64,000 bases of DNA from Octopus vulgaris (GCA_951406725.2 OX597821.1:77562001-77626000), one strand, 5' to 3'. Shown: positions 38,717 to 52,922, counted from the stretch's first letter. Numbers and translations: made by a program. Notes: generated from the letters alone by a model not told the origin.

Positions 38717-40051
38717 ACAACAACAGCAAACATGCAGATTAAAAGTAAATAATAATAACGGTTTTAAATTTTGGTAAAAGGTCGGCTATCTTAGTGGAAA
38801 GAAGGATAATCAATTACACTGACCCCTAGATCTCAACTGATGCTTTGTTTTATTGACCCCGAAAGGATGAAAGCAAAGTCGACCTTGGCAGAATTTGAAC
38901 TCAGAATATAAAGAGCCAGAAGAAATGCTGCTGAGTTTTTTGTCTCATGCTCAACCAACTCAGCTAGTTCATTGACTTAACATCATCATCATCATCATTT
39001 AACGTCCGTTTTCCATACTAGCATGGGTTGGATGGTTCGACCGGAGTCTGGGAAGCCAGGAGGCTGCACCAGGTTCCAGTCTGACCTGGCAGAGTTTCTA
39101 CAGCTGGATGCCCTTCCTAACGCCAACTACTCCATGAGTGTAGTGGGTGCTTTTTACGTGCCACCGGCACAGGGGCCAGATTAGGCTGGCAAACGGCCAC
39201 GAATGGTTTGTGCTTTTTACGTGCCACGAGCACGGAAGCCAGTCCGGGTGGTGCTAGTAATAACATAATTATTTCTATTATACACAGCAACTTTGAAGAG
39301 AAGGGGCAAGTTGACTGCATCAACTACAATCGTTAATTAACCTAACTAAGGGACAATACCTCAGAGGAGTGATACGCAGGCTAAATACACATGATGGTGC
39401 CCTCATATATGTAACAGAGTGGATTGGACAACTTTGATTAACTGAGATTATCCCTACAATTCATCAACAAAATCTTCTTTTAGAGGTATTTAGAATCTTA
39501 AAATCTTAGAAAAATAATAACAGCAATCAAAGAAGATGAACATTAAAAAAAAATCTCTTTACTCTTTTACTTGTTTCAGTCATTTGATTGTGGCCATGCT
39601 GGAGCACCACCTTTTAGTCGAGCAAATCGACCCCAGGACTTAGTCTTTGTAAGCCTAGTACTTATTCTATTGGTCTCTTTTGTTGAACTGATGTAAACAC
39701 CAACATCGGTTGTCATATACACACATACATATGTATATACATATATACGATGGGCTTCTTTCAGTTTCCGCCTACCAAATCCACTCACAAGGCTTTGGTC
39801 GGCCCGAGGCTATAGTAGAAGACACTTGTCCAAGGTGTCACGCAGTGGGACTGAACCCGGAACCATGTGGTTGGTAAGCACTTACCACACATCCACTCCT
39901 AAGCTGTGTGGTAAGAAGCTTGCTTCCCAACCACATGGTTCTGGATTCAGTCACACTGTGTGGAACCTCGGGCAAGTATCTTCTATTATAGCCTCGGGCT
40001 GACTAAAGCCTTGTGTATGGGTTTATTCGATGGAAACTGAAAGAAGCCCAA

Positions 40052-40083
<32 letters not shown>

Positions 40084-40884
40084 TGAGACCACTGCTTGAC
40101 AGCCAGTGTTGGTGTGTTTACATCCCTATAACTTGGTGATTTAGCAAAAAAAACTCAATAGAATAAGTTCAGGGATCAAAAAAATAAGTTCTGAGGGGTT
40201 GATATGTTCGACTAAAAACCATTGAAGGCAGTGCCCCAGCATGGCCACAGTTAAATGACTGAAACAAGTAAAGGATAAAAGACCAACAATAAGGTTTCAG
40301 ACATATGTGTGGCTGTGTGGTTTGGCAGTTCATTTCCCAACCACACACATAAGAAGCACCATCTGAACGTGGCTGATGCCAGCGCCGCCTTGACTGGCTT
40401 CTGTGCCGGTGGCATGTAAAAAGCACCAACCGATCGTGGCTGCAGCCAGCCTCCTCTGGCACCTGTGCCGGTGGCACGTAAAAAGCACCCACTACACTCA
40501 CGGAGTGGTTGGCATTAGGAAGGGCATCCAGCTGTAGAAACACTGCCAGATCAGACTGGATCCTGGTGCAGCCTCCTGGCTTCTTAGACCCCGGTCGAAC
40601 TATCCAACCCATGTTAGCACGGAAAACGGACGTTAAACGATGATGATGATGATGATGACAGCTTCTGGTTCAATCCCATAGTGTGGCACATTGGACGTGA
40701 TGTCTTCTCCTATAGCTCCAGGCCAGTCAATGCCTTGTGAATAGCTTTGATTGGTAAATTTCAGCAAAAGTCCCACTCCATAATGCAGGGATTTTCATGA
40801 GACGTGTAGAATGTAAGCACTCATACAAACACACGTGTCTTATACAGTCAATCCATGTCACCACTTGCGAGTATGGAAACGTAA

Positions 40885-41300
40885 TAATAATTAAATTATT
40901 GTATACAGTGCTTAGATGCACCACAACTTGTCAAAAGTGCGTATAAAGCATATGCAGTAATGTCTGGGAAGTGAACAGTGTATGAGTCAGATACATGCTT
41001 GCGTGTGTGTGGAGGAGAGAAAATGAGGTGTAGCGTTGGTGAATCTCAGGAAGCATGGAAGTTTTGAAGGATGCAGTGCTCCGACAACTAACAACTGATG
41101 CCGGCAGTTTGTTCCATACTTCAGCAACTCTTAGCGTGAAAAAAATGTTTCCGAAAGTCATGGGAGCAGTGCTATTTTTTTAACTTTGTAAACATGTCCA
41201 CAGGTGTTAGACAGGTGGAGTTTGAAAAGGTGCTCAGAGTTATTGTTTGTAAGATGGTTAATAATTTTATGGGTGTCTGACTTGGCAGACACCCATAATG
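40885..41300 (-). mobile_element. CR1/L2-group LINE 3' fragment (same family as 17389-17908)
   Basis: FFTLRVAEVWNKLPASVVSCRSTASFK, with high nucleotide similarity to the 17.4-17.9 kb copy. Confidence 0.8.
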
Positions 41301-41679
41301 AAACACCTGGAAAGTTGTTGAACATAAGACCATTTGGAAACAAGATGTGGCTGTTATGAGACTAAATTTCTAATACTGCTTAAATAATATATCCACTTTA
41401 TTACTTAATATATGAATGTCTGTTTCTTTTTCTGGCCTCTGGACAGTTATTGGACAACTATACATATTGTATGTGGGTGTATGAAGGTATGTGTATGTGT
41501 TTACGTAGATGCATTTATGATTAGAAATAGGCCAAGAAGCCATAGGTTACAATGGACATCGATTGAAAGTAAATTCGTTTGTAAAAGTACACAAGGCGTG
41601 GGTTAAAAACGGATACTAAATCAATGGAAACTTTTGTTTCGGCTTTTCCTTTGCTTCTCATAAAACTGTTTGCTTGTAC

Positions 41680-41717
<38 letters not shown>

Positions 41718-42654
41718 GGGGGATGGATGGATGAATGAATATGTAAATAGACAGGTAAATGAATAGGTAGATATGAAGGCAGATACGCAGGTGAATAGAC
41801 AAGTATGTAGAGACAGACAGATAGGCAGGCAGGCAGGCAGACATTGACAGATATAGTGAAAAGACAGGCGGATAGATAGACGGATGTACAGAGAGAGAGA
41901 GAGAGGTAGGGGATTGTTTTTTCATGAAAGAGTATGAGAATGAGACTGGGAGTGTGAGACATGAACTTAATTCTTTTCCCATTTTATTAATCTTCTTAAC
42001 CTCTGTCATTGCTTTTCCTCCATCCATTTCCCTATACACTGATCTGATAGTGCTGGAGTTACCTTCCTTGGTTAATGTTGTGTTTTTTTTTTTTTTTTTA
42101 ATTTTAAGTACGCCTGGAAGAATTTTTTTGTCTAATAATTGCAGGATAATGTTAGTTAATCCAAGTTTTTCAAACTCACTCTGTTATATATGTGAGGCTC
42201 TGCTATATATTCATTTGCTGTGTTTATTGTTCTCCCAAGTAATTTTAATCTTAGTCATATTGTTATTTATAATCAGGGACACAACACACTGGCATTACAG
42301 GGAGAATATAGCAGGGAGCAGATGAACTGCACCAGGGGACACCAGCAGAAGTGATAGCACCAGGGTTTTTTAGTTGATTTTTTGCATAGGAAGTGATTAT
42401 ATGAATATATAAAGACAGTAACCCCTTGCTATATTGTGGTTCACCAATCGCGGTTTATTATTTAAGCTTACATTGATTCCTCCATGGTGTTGTTTTGCAT
42501 TTATAATAAAATGAATATATACAGATTATAAAAATAATAATATAAAATATACAGTACAGTCTTGTTTCTATTTCACGGATTTTCAACTACGGTGGGGTGT
42601 TTTGGAACATAACACCTGCGATAGTCGAGAGATTACTGTATACAGAAATATATA

Positions 42655-42907
42655 TATCGTTGCTATTATGCAAAAGTGTTGTAAGTCCAAAACATTGCTT
42701 TTTCAGAATATGAAAAAATAGTTTCACCATTCCATAGCAAAACTGTTGTACTACACTTTGACAATTTTTGATATCTTGGCATGTGAAGCAGCTGGAGATA
42801 CAATACTTTGAACAAAAGAACTGGCTTTTGCAAGCGAGAATAAATATTGAAAAAAACACATTTGGCCAAATTTGGACATACAACTGTTTAACATAAGAGC
42901 AATGATA
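42655..42907. mobile_element. MITE with TIR TATCGTTGCTATTATG; reverse-orientation partial copy at about 52440-52640
   Basis: Right end CATAAGAGCAATGATA matches the reverse complement with 2 mismatches. Internal sequence is shared with the 52.4-52.6 kb copy. Confidence 0.6.
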
Positions 42908-43112
42908 ATTTGCATCTTTGAAGAAATGTAAGACCAAGTAATTTAATCCACAAACATGACTCCGATTCCAGATGAATTTAAAAAACCAGTATATATGATA
43001 CATTAAAAATATATAAATACATAGGCATGTTTTAAAATTCTATAAAGAAATAACTATATGAAAAATATTTACGTAAGATAATAGATTTTTTTTTTTAAAT
43101 CTTCAGATGTAG

Positions 43113-43144
<32 letters not shown>

Positions 43145-43421
43145 TGGCCTGCTTGCTTAGCCAGCGGGGTGGCGTCATTTCTAGGCTAAAACAATGCGAA
43201 GCGCATTGTGACCAGCGATGTGTAGCAACATCTGGTAGCCTGGTCGGTCACGGTGATCACAGTGATATATATATATCTACAATGCAAACTGTTTATAGTC
43301 TGACCAAGGCAAAATGTTATCTTGCTTGGAAACAGCGATTGTTGGCAACAGGAAAGGCATCCTGCCAGAGAAAATTTGCATCTATGAATTCCATTTGAGA
43401 TGCTAAAATGATGATGGTGTG

Positions 43422-43460
<39 letters not shown>

Positions 43461-46400
43461 ATCATCATCATCATCATCATCATTTAACATCCGTTTTCTA
43501 TGCTGGCATGGGTTGGACGGTTTGACAGGAGCTGGCAAGATGGAGGGTTGCACCAGGTCCCGAATGTCTATTTTGGCATGGTTTCTATGGTTGGATGCCC
43601 TTCCTAATGCCAACTACTTCACAGAGTGTACTGGGTGCTTTAACATGACCCCAGCATGAGTACTTTTTACATGGTGCCAGTACAAGTGCCTGGTTATGTG
43701 GTGCCAGCTTAGCGATTAAGGTATTCGGCTTGCAATTGCAAAGTCATGAGTTCAATTCTTGGTGCATTATACCCTTGAGCAATACACTTTATTCCAATTA
43801 CTCCAGTCCACTCAGCTGGCAAAGTAAGTTGTACCTCTAATTCAAAGGGCCAGCCTTGTCACATTCTGTATCATGCTGAATCTCCCTGAAAGCTATGTTA
43901 AGGGTACACATGTTTCAGGAGCATTTAGCCACTTGCATGTTAATTTCCCAAGTAGGCTGATCTGTTGATCAGATCAACTGGAACGCTCATAACTGTAACT
44001 TATTTCTTTATTGCCCACAAGGGGCTAAACACAGAGAAGACAAACAAGTACAGACAAACAGATTAAGTAGATTATACCAATCCCAGTGCATAACTGGTAC
44101 TGAATTTATCGACCCTGAAAGAATGAAAGGCAAAGTCGACCTCCGCGGAATTTGAACTCAGAACGTAGTGGCAGACGAAATACCTATTTCTTTATTACCC
44201 ACAAGGGGCTAAACACAGAGAGGACAAACAAGAACAGACAAACGGATTAAGTCGATTATATCGACCCCAGTGCAATACTGATACTTAATTTATCGATCCC
44301 GAAAGGATGAAAGGCAAAGTCGCCCTCGGCGGAATTTGAACTGAGAACATAATGGCAGACGAAATACGGCTACGCATTTCGTCCGGCGTGCTAACTTTTC
44401 TGCCAGTTTGCCACCTGCTCATAACTATAACTGATAGAGTGCCAGCTTATTTATACACACACACACTAATTAATTAATAACCTCAAATACCTTCTTTGAT
44501 AAGAATCTGTTTTTGACTTTACTGTGAAAAGAAACAATGTTTTATACAACAGGTTTTTATTTGTCCATGGGCAGAAAATTTGCAATCAGTCTAATTTCTA
44601 GTCTTTTTATATTTTCATCATCAGAGAAAGAAAACCCATTGCACCTCCAAAAAGATATTTATAGCTTAGAGTTATTTTTACCCCAACTGGTCAGTATAAT
44701 TTGTGTAAAAGTGCATTTGCTGACAATATAATTAATTCATTAATAATGCACTACACAATAGTTTTGATTAATTTGAAATGTAATATATGGGAAACCCTTT
44801 ATGATAAACACGTAGAGGGGTGAAAACCTGCAGCATAAAGGCTGTTTACTAATTACAATGCAAAGAAAAATGGTGGACTCCCTTGTCATAAACAATGAAT
44901 GGGGATTCTGCAATTTCTTGCTAAACAACCTGTGTAGATGATTTGTTTACTATGATCAAATGTCTGTGATTCAGGCAAGGATTCTGCCAGAAGGAAGAGG
45001 ATATGTTTGTGAAACAGGAGATAGAACTGTAAAAGCTAAGATTCAGGCCTAGAAGATGCTTGAACAGTTAAGATAAGTGGATAATATAGATGCCCAGAAA
45101 AAAAAAATTGGGAGAAAGGGGCAGCTGAGAACAAATATCAAGTAAGTGGAAAAAAAACTCAATATCAGTTGCACTTAACAAGAGACAGTGCTGTGACTGC
45201 AAAGACCCGACAACTAACGTGAGTTCATGGCTGTTTCCTGCACCAGCTTCACATAGAAGCCCCAGCCCATCCAAAGAACCTTGGATCGCTGGACGGTCAT
45301 TTGTGCTTACCTTAGATCGTAGGGCAACCTGCTGTGCTTGAGGAGACCTATTGAGTCAAGTACATCAACATCAAAAAATCAAATGGAAATTGTAGTTGTG
45401 ATACCTGTGCTAGTGGCACATAAAAAGCACCATCTGAACGTGGCCAATGCCAGCACTGCCTTGACTAGCTTCCATGCCGGTGGCATGTAAAAAGCACCAA
45501 CCGATCATGACCATTGCCAGCCTCCCCTGGCACCTGTGCCGGTGGCATGTAAAAAGCACCCACAACACTCACAGAGTGGTTGACTTTAGGAAGAGCATCC
45601 AGCTGTAGAAACACTGCCAGATCAGACTGGAGCCTGGTGCAGCCTCCTGGTTTCCCAGACCCCGGTCAAACCGTCCAACCCATGCAAGCATGGAAAACGG
45701 ACATTAAACGATGATGAGGAAATGCTGTGAGGTGTCACAGATTGCAAGGCAATGTGCCAGAGTGAATCAATAGATTGATAATGAGAAGTATATGCTGAAT
45801 GATAACAGCATACTTATCCATATTGATATGGAAAGAGTCATGGAAGAGCTATTATAAGACACTCTTAGATGAGGTGGGGAATCTGTGAGAGAAGGACAAA
45901 GTTGGCACAGCTGTAATTTGTACAACTATGAACCCTGAGTAGAGAGGAGTAAAGATTGAGAGAAAAGGGTCAGAGCAGAGATCTCTTCTTAATCTTTGCT
46001 AAGTATGGTGTCAACTGAAAATATGTTTCTTCAGTCTTTGTAACTTCTCTTTTTTTCTTTATTACCCCCAACCATTGATACAGTAGAGCAGTACCAATTG
46101 GCATCCCATTGGTCATGACAACAAGTGTTCCAGACGATCTGATCAACAGAAAACCCTACTCAGGAAATTATTGTGCAAGTGGCTGAGTACTCCACTGACA
46201 CATGTACCTTCAGCATAGTTTTCAGGGAAATTCAGAATGACACAGAGAGTAACAAGGTTGGCCCTTTGAATTACAGGTACAACACATTTTAGCCACCTGA
46301 GTGGACTTGAGCAATGTGAAATAAAGTGTCTTGTCACAAGGACACAATACACTGCCAGGAATTGAACTCATGACCTTACGATCATGGGCCAACTATCCTA

Positions 46401-46970
46401 ACCACTAAGCCATGTGCCTTCACTAAACAGCGCAGTAATAAGATCTGAACAACTGACTTACTTGGTTACCTGCCACCACCATAACTGCTTGCCATCTGTT
46501 ACATATTGAACACTTTCATACAACAAACTGGAATATTGATTCATAAGCTAAACCTATATTTAAATAGCTGTACAGCGTACATATAAATAAGATGCTGTAA
46601 AACATGTGAAATAAAAACAGCTTACAAGTGAATTAATGCCATCCGGTTAACATTAGATTTGTAAAGCAGGGGTAAGGCAGTTGCAAAATGTTTTTTGTAA
46701 AACTGGGGACCTTGTCTGTTCAGCCCTAATTTCACTTTAACATTACTTTTTATACACTTTTACTGTTTTACTTGTTTCAGTCATTTGACTGTGGCCATGC
46801 TGGAGCACCACCTTTAGTCGAGCAAATCGCCCCCAGGACTTATTCTTTGTAAGCCTAGTACTTATTCCATCGGTCTCTTTTGCCAAACTGCTAAGTTACG
46901 GGGACGTAAACACACCAGCATTGGTTGTCAAGCGATGTTGGGGGGGACAAACACAGACACACAAACATAT

Positions 46971-47023
<53 letters not shown>

Positions 47024-47239
47024 CATATATACGACAGGCTTCTTTCAGTTTCCGTCTACCAAATCCACTCAAAAGGCTTTGGTCGGCCCAAGGCTATAGT
47101 AGAAGACACTTGCCCAAGGTGCCACTCAGTGGGACTGAACCCGGAACCATGTGGTTCATAAGCAAGCTACTTACCACACAGCCACTCCTACACCTATATG
47201 TTATTTCTTTTGTTTTTTCTTGCCACTTTTGTTACTATA

Positions 47240-47648
47240 GGCGCAGAAGTGGCTGTGTGGTAAGTAGCTTGCTAACCAACCACATGGTTCCGGGTTCAGT
47301 CCCACTGCGTGGCATCTTGGGCAAGTGTCTTCTGCTATAGCCCCGGGCCGACCAATGCCTTGTGAGTGGATTTGGTAGACGGAAACTGAAAGAAGCCTGT
47401 CGTATATATGTATATATATATAAGTGTGTGTGTATATGTTTGTGTGTCTGTGTTTGTTCCCCTAGCATTGCTTGACAACCGATGCTGGTGTGTTTACGTC
47501 CCTGTCACTTAGCGATTCGGCAAAAGAGACCGATAGAATAAGTACTGGGCTTACAAAGAATAAATCCCGGGGTCGATTTGCTCGACTAAAGGCGGTGCTC
47601 CAGCATGGCCGCAGTCAAATGACTGAAACAAGTAAAAGAGTAAGAGTA
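47240..47648 (+). mobile_element. tRNA-derived SINE family 1 with internal microsatellite, full length
   Basis: A/B-box-like TGGCTGTGTGG and GGTTCAGTCCC, AAAAGAGT tail. Copies at 46757-47194(-), 32236-32660(+), 31465-31835(-), 39556-39900(-) and many fragments. Confidence 0.85.
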
Positions 47649-48237
47649 TACATACATACATACATACATACATGCATGCATGCATTTCTAGGGACATGTT
47701 CGTAACGTTGTTATTTTATAAAGCACATTGTCTGCAGGGAACAGGCTCAGCGCTGCTTTTCATCTAATTTTTTTCAACAAGACACATAAATTGACTTTTA
47801 ATTGATCTAACACTGAACTGTGAGTAAAAGGTTATTGTGACATTCTTCATATGGGTGTGTGTATGTGTATATATATATATATAATATCATGGGCGGGTAT
47901 TAAATTGAGGTGTGGTGCGGTTAATACTAATACAATTTGCATACAATGGATTAAAACTTCATTTTTTAAAATGTCTAAATGTAGATTAGAAAACTGGAAG
48001 CAGACAGAATTGAAAATCGTTTCCATATAACAATGCTTAAAATATCTCGATTACGTCTGCAAATAATCTCTATCTGAAACAATCTCTACAACCGAGTGAT
48101 GGAGAGGAAATATATTCTGCTATCACACTCTACAATCACAGACAATACATCATTATAGTTCTATATTTAAGAGATGAGGAATAATGTACATTATTTACAT
48201 CTGACGGATATTTTGTCCTCATCTTGTTTGTTGTTAG

Positions 48238-48280
48238 CACAACGTTTCGGCTGATATTCCCTCCAACCTTCATCAGGTGT
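48238..48280 (-). ncRNA. Minimal hammerhead ribozyme-like motif (Penelope pLTR type)
   Basis: Minus strand CAC-CUGAUGA-A-GGUUG..CAGCC-GAAA-CGUU-GUG: intact core boxes, 5-bp stem II, palindromic ACGU in place of stem III, 3-bp stem I. Confidence 0.6.
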
Positions 48281-48350
48281 CTTGGGGAAATTTCGAACAT
48301 GGGTTCTCATTCCTAAGGTATTTTTTCGATGTTATTATTATTATTATTAT

Positions 48351-48600
48351 TTCTTCTTTCTTCAAATTTTTCTTCCATTTCTCGCTGAGTGTTTTCTGTA
48401 CACCTAGGGCAGAGAAGCTCATTGTATGCATTCCCAGATTGTAATCTGGGAATGCCAGGTAAAATATGTATTTAAAAAATTAATAAGTAAATAAATTCAT
48501 GAATGGATGTTGTTTTCACAGTGATAATGCTTTTCTCAGTACATGAGCCATTCCAGTTAATATGATTTATTGTACTTCCTGTAGGGATGGTAAGCCTGGT
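48351..48600 (-). mobile_element. R4/Dong-like 3' fragment inserted in an (AAT)n tract
   Basis: LPSLQEVQ*IILTGMAHVLRKALSL*, flanked on both sides by AAT/ATT repeats. Confidence 0.55.
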
Positions 48601-51148
48601 TTACTATTATTATTATTATTATAATTATTATTATTATTGTTCAGATCACTGCCTGGAATGGAACTTGGAATCTTGGGGCTAGTAGCCCATGCTCTTAACC
48701 ACGACACCATATGCTTGTGATGAAGGCTGGTGGGTATATCAGCCGAAACGTTGTTGTATCAATAAACAAGATGAGGACAAATATTCGTCAAATGTAAATA
48801 AAGTAAATAAATACTTCTATATTTCATGCATCTTTTGCAATTATGATAAACAGTGGTTACTCAGCAATAATCCTTTATATTATAGGCACAAATCCTGGAT
48901 GTTGTGGGGAAGGGGACAGTCAATCACATCAACCCCAGTATGCAACTGGTACTTAATTGATCGACCCTGAAAGGATGAAAGTCAACCTCAGCAGAATTTG
49001 AACTCAGAACGTAGCAGCAGACGAAATACCTATTTCTTTACTGCCCACAAAGGGCTACACACAAAGGGGACAAACAAGGACAGACAAATGGATTAAGTAG
49101 ATTACATCGACCCCAGTGCGTAAATGGTACTTATTTAATCAACCCTGAAAGGATGAAAGGCAAAGTTAACCTCGGCAGAATTTGAACTCAGAACGTAGCG
49201 GCAGACAAAATACTTATTTCTTTACTACCCACAAGGGGCTAAACACAGAAAGGACAAACAAGGACAGACAAACGGATTAAGTCGATTACATCGACCCCAA
49301 TGCGCAACTGGTACTTATTTAATCGACCCCAAAAGGATAAAAGGCAAAGTCGACCAAGGCAGAATTTGAACTCAGAACATAGCGGCAGACGAAATACCGC
49401 TAAGCATTTTGCCCGGCGTGCTAACGATTCTACCAGCTCACCTAAGGGTTGCTCTACAATAATAAATACTAGCCATAATGGTTTGTAATCTAGGCACAAG
49501 CAATTCTAAGTGAAAGTGTTGTGACCCAGTGTATAGGGTGTTTCATTCATGATCACAACATTGTAGTTTTGACTCTTGGTTCAATCAGTGTATTGTGTTC
49601 TGGGTCAAAATATTTTATTTCATGTTGTTCCAATCTACTGAGCTCTAAATGAGTCACTCTGGAATGAAATGGTGTCCTGTTCAGGAGTGTTGTGATCTGG
49701 GTCAGTTACGTTTCCATAGAAACTAGCAAACTGACACTATGAGTCTGAGAACTTGAGACTAATTAGACATCGATGACAATAATGAATTTTAAGAGGAGGG
49801 GTTTAGCTGATACCATCAACCCCTAGGCCTTAACCAAGCATGTTATTTTACTGACCCGGGAGTAAAGACAAAGTTAACTGAGGCAAGATTTGTATTCTAA
49901 ATAGAAACAATCACAAGGAACACAAGACTTTTTCTCCAATATTCTTATGATTCTGCCATTTTGAACTCAGAATGTAAAGACGGATGAAATGCCATGAGGC
50001 ATTTTGCCAGTTTGCCACCGATAATAATAATAATAATCATGATGATGATTCTAATTTTAGCACAAGGCCAGCGATTTTGAGGGAAGTTGTTAACCAATAG
50101 TATTGACCTTTATACTTGATTGATACTGAGTGTGGTTTGAATTCAGAATATAAGGGAACATAGCCAAATACCTATTTCTTTACTACCCACAAGGGACTAA
50201 ACACAGAAGTGACAAACAAGGACAGACAAACGGATTAAGTTGATTATATTGACCCCAGTGCATAACTGGTACTTATTTAATCGACCCCGAAAGGATGAAA
50301 GGCAAAGTCGACCTTGGCAGAATTTGAACTCAGAATGTAGCAGCAGACGAAATACCGCTAAGCATTTCGCCCAGCATGCTAACGATTCTGCCAGCTCTCC
50401 GCCTTAAATAACTCAATACCACTAGATATTTTGTCTGCTGCTCAACCAATTTTACTGTTCCAGTTAAAGAAAATGAAAAATTGGAAAAGCATATATATCG
50501 TAGTCTTTAACCCTTTGGTATTCAGATTAATCTGTCAAATATAATGTTTATTTATTTACATTGCTTTGAATTAATCATGCATTATCTCATTAATTTGAGA
50601 TTTTGATGATATGATGGTTTATCTTTAAAATGACATTGTAAAGTAGGTGTGAGAGACTGGATCTGATCAATTTGAACAGAAAACAAGGAGAATATTTGCG
50701 CTGGATATGCCAGATTTAAACACTACAAGGTTAAATTTATGTTTCAAACATGGTTCATGCAAGGTCCACCTAACTGGCTCCTGTGCCAGTGGCATGTAAA
50801 AAACACCCTCTCAACAATGCCAGTACCCAGTGACTGGCCCCCATGCTGGTGTCACATAAATAGCACTATCTGAACATGGTCAATGCCAGTACCGCCTGAC
50901 TGGCTCCCATGCCAGTAGCACATAAAAAGTACCATTCAAGCGCAATTGATGCCAGGCCTGCCTGACAGGCTCCTGTGCTGGTGGCACGTAAAAAGCAACC
51001 ACGACATTCTTGGAGTGGTTGGTGTTATGAAGGGCATCCAGCTGTAGAAACATTGCCATATCAGATTGGAGCCTGGTGCAGCCACTGGCTCTCCAGATCT
51101 CAGTCAAACCATCCAACCCATACCAGCATGGAAATCAGATGTTAAACA

Positions 51149-51189
<41 letters not shown>

Positions 51190-52891
51190 TCCCACCACCA
51201 CCTAATAAATAATATTATTTCTTGCATTAGCATTATCTTTATATTTTACTTGTTTCAGTCATTAAACTGTGGTCATGGTGGGACACCCACTTGAAGAATT
51301 TTAGATGAGCAAATCAACTCTGGAACTTATTCTTTCATTAACCCTTTCAACCCAGAATTTCTTCTCAAGAATTTTTTCTCAAGTTGATAATGGCAGGGGA
51401 TTTGTATGCATGTGATCCTTTTGAGCTGTCATTATAGTGTCAGACATTCCAGTCATATGTCTGGCACTACAGACTTACCGAAAAACCAGAACAGTGTTAT
51501 ACTGCATCACATAGAATTTTAATTTTAAAGATTTGGGTCGTAAAATTTTTGTCTGGTACAAACAATGTACGAGCCAGGCCAAAAGGGTGAAAGCTTTGGA
51601 CTTATTCTATCAGTCGCTTTTGCCGAACCACTAAGTTATGACGATATAAATACAGACAAGCTTCTTTCAGTTTCCGTCTACCAAATCCACTCATAAGGCT
51701 TTGGTCAGCTGGAGACTATAGTAGAAGACACTTGTGCCATGTGTCACACAGTGGAACTGAACATAGACCTATGTGGTTGGGAAGCAAGCTTCTTACCAAA
51801 CAGCCATGTCTGCACCTATGCAATGAATTTTAAAGCTACACAATGCACAGATTCTCACATTTTCTCTATCAACATATCTGTTTGTGTTATTCAGCTGCAT
51901 TGATATACCCCTTGTGAAGAATATATTGTAAAACTGACAACAAAAGGTGAAGTTTTATGGATATCATAAAACAAACAATTTATAATTTCTTTATTTGCTA
52001 TATTCAGAGTGCAGACTTCTAAACAACATATTCCATACACACTCATTACATATGTTTCTATCTTCGAATGCATGGTTACATAGACATGGTAAGAAGCTTA
52101 CTTCCCAATTATATGGTTCCAGGTTCAGTCCCACTGCATGGCACCTTGGACAGCTGATCAAAGCCTTGTGAATGAATTTAGTAGACAGAAACTGTAAGAT
52201 ACCCATCGTATATACAGTAATCCCTTGCCATATCATGGTTCACCGATCACGGATTATTATTTGAGCTTTCATCGATTCCTCTATGATGTTGTTTTGCATT
52301 ATAATAAAATAAATATATACAGATTATAAAAATAATTTTTAAAAATAGACAGTACAGTACTGTTTCTACTTCACGGACTTCCACTTGTCGCAAGGGGTTT
52401 TGGAACGTAACACCTGCAATAGTTGAGGTATTAATGTATATATCGTTGCTATTATGTTGTATGTCCAAATTTGGCCAAATGTGTTTTTTTTTTTTTTTCA
52501 ATATTTAATTTTGCTTGCAATAGCTGGTTTTTTTGGTCAAACTATCTATCTCCGCCTGCTTCAGATGAAAATTGTCAAAGGTGTAGTACAACAGTTTAGC
52601 ATTTTTCAAAAATGTAGTAAGTCCTACATACGATAGTTTTGCAAAAATATTTCTGACTGAAAATATCATAGATTCATGGAGTTATGGTTGACCAGTTTAT
52701 TGATAATGGAATTTAGGGAAAATTGAAAATAATAATATTGATAAATCACCAAGCACAGGCATGGCTGTTGGGTAAGAGGTTTGCTTCACAGCCACATGGT
52801 TCCAGGTTCAGTCCCATTGTATGACATCTTGGGCAAATGTCTTCTACCAAAGCCTTGTGAGTGCATTTGGCAAACAGAAATTAAAAGAAGC

Positions 52892-52922
<31 letters not shown>

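Larger units (their letters stand above)
48157..48801 (-). mobile_element. tRNA-headed, hammerhead-tailed element with inverted 5' copy of its 3' end
   Basis: Inverted partial copy at 48718-48801, tRNA-like head at 48641-48714, (AAT)n, hammerhead module, tail ATTCCTCATCTCTTAAATATAGAACT. Confidence 0.7.

Noticed and set aside
48641-48714. tRNA gene
   Set aside because: Only degenerate A/B boxes with no closed acceptor stem; it behaves as a SINE head.
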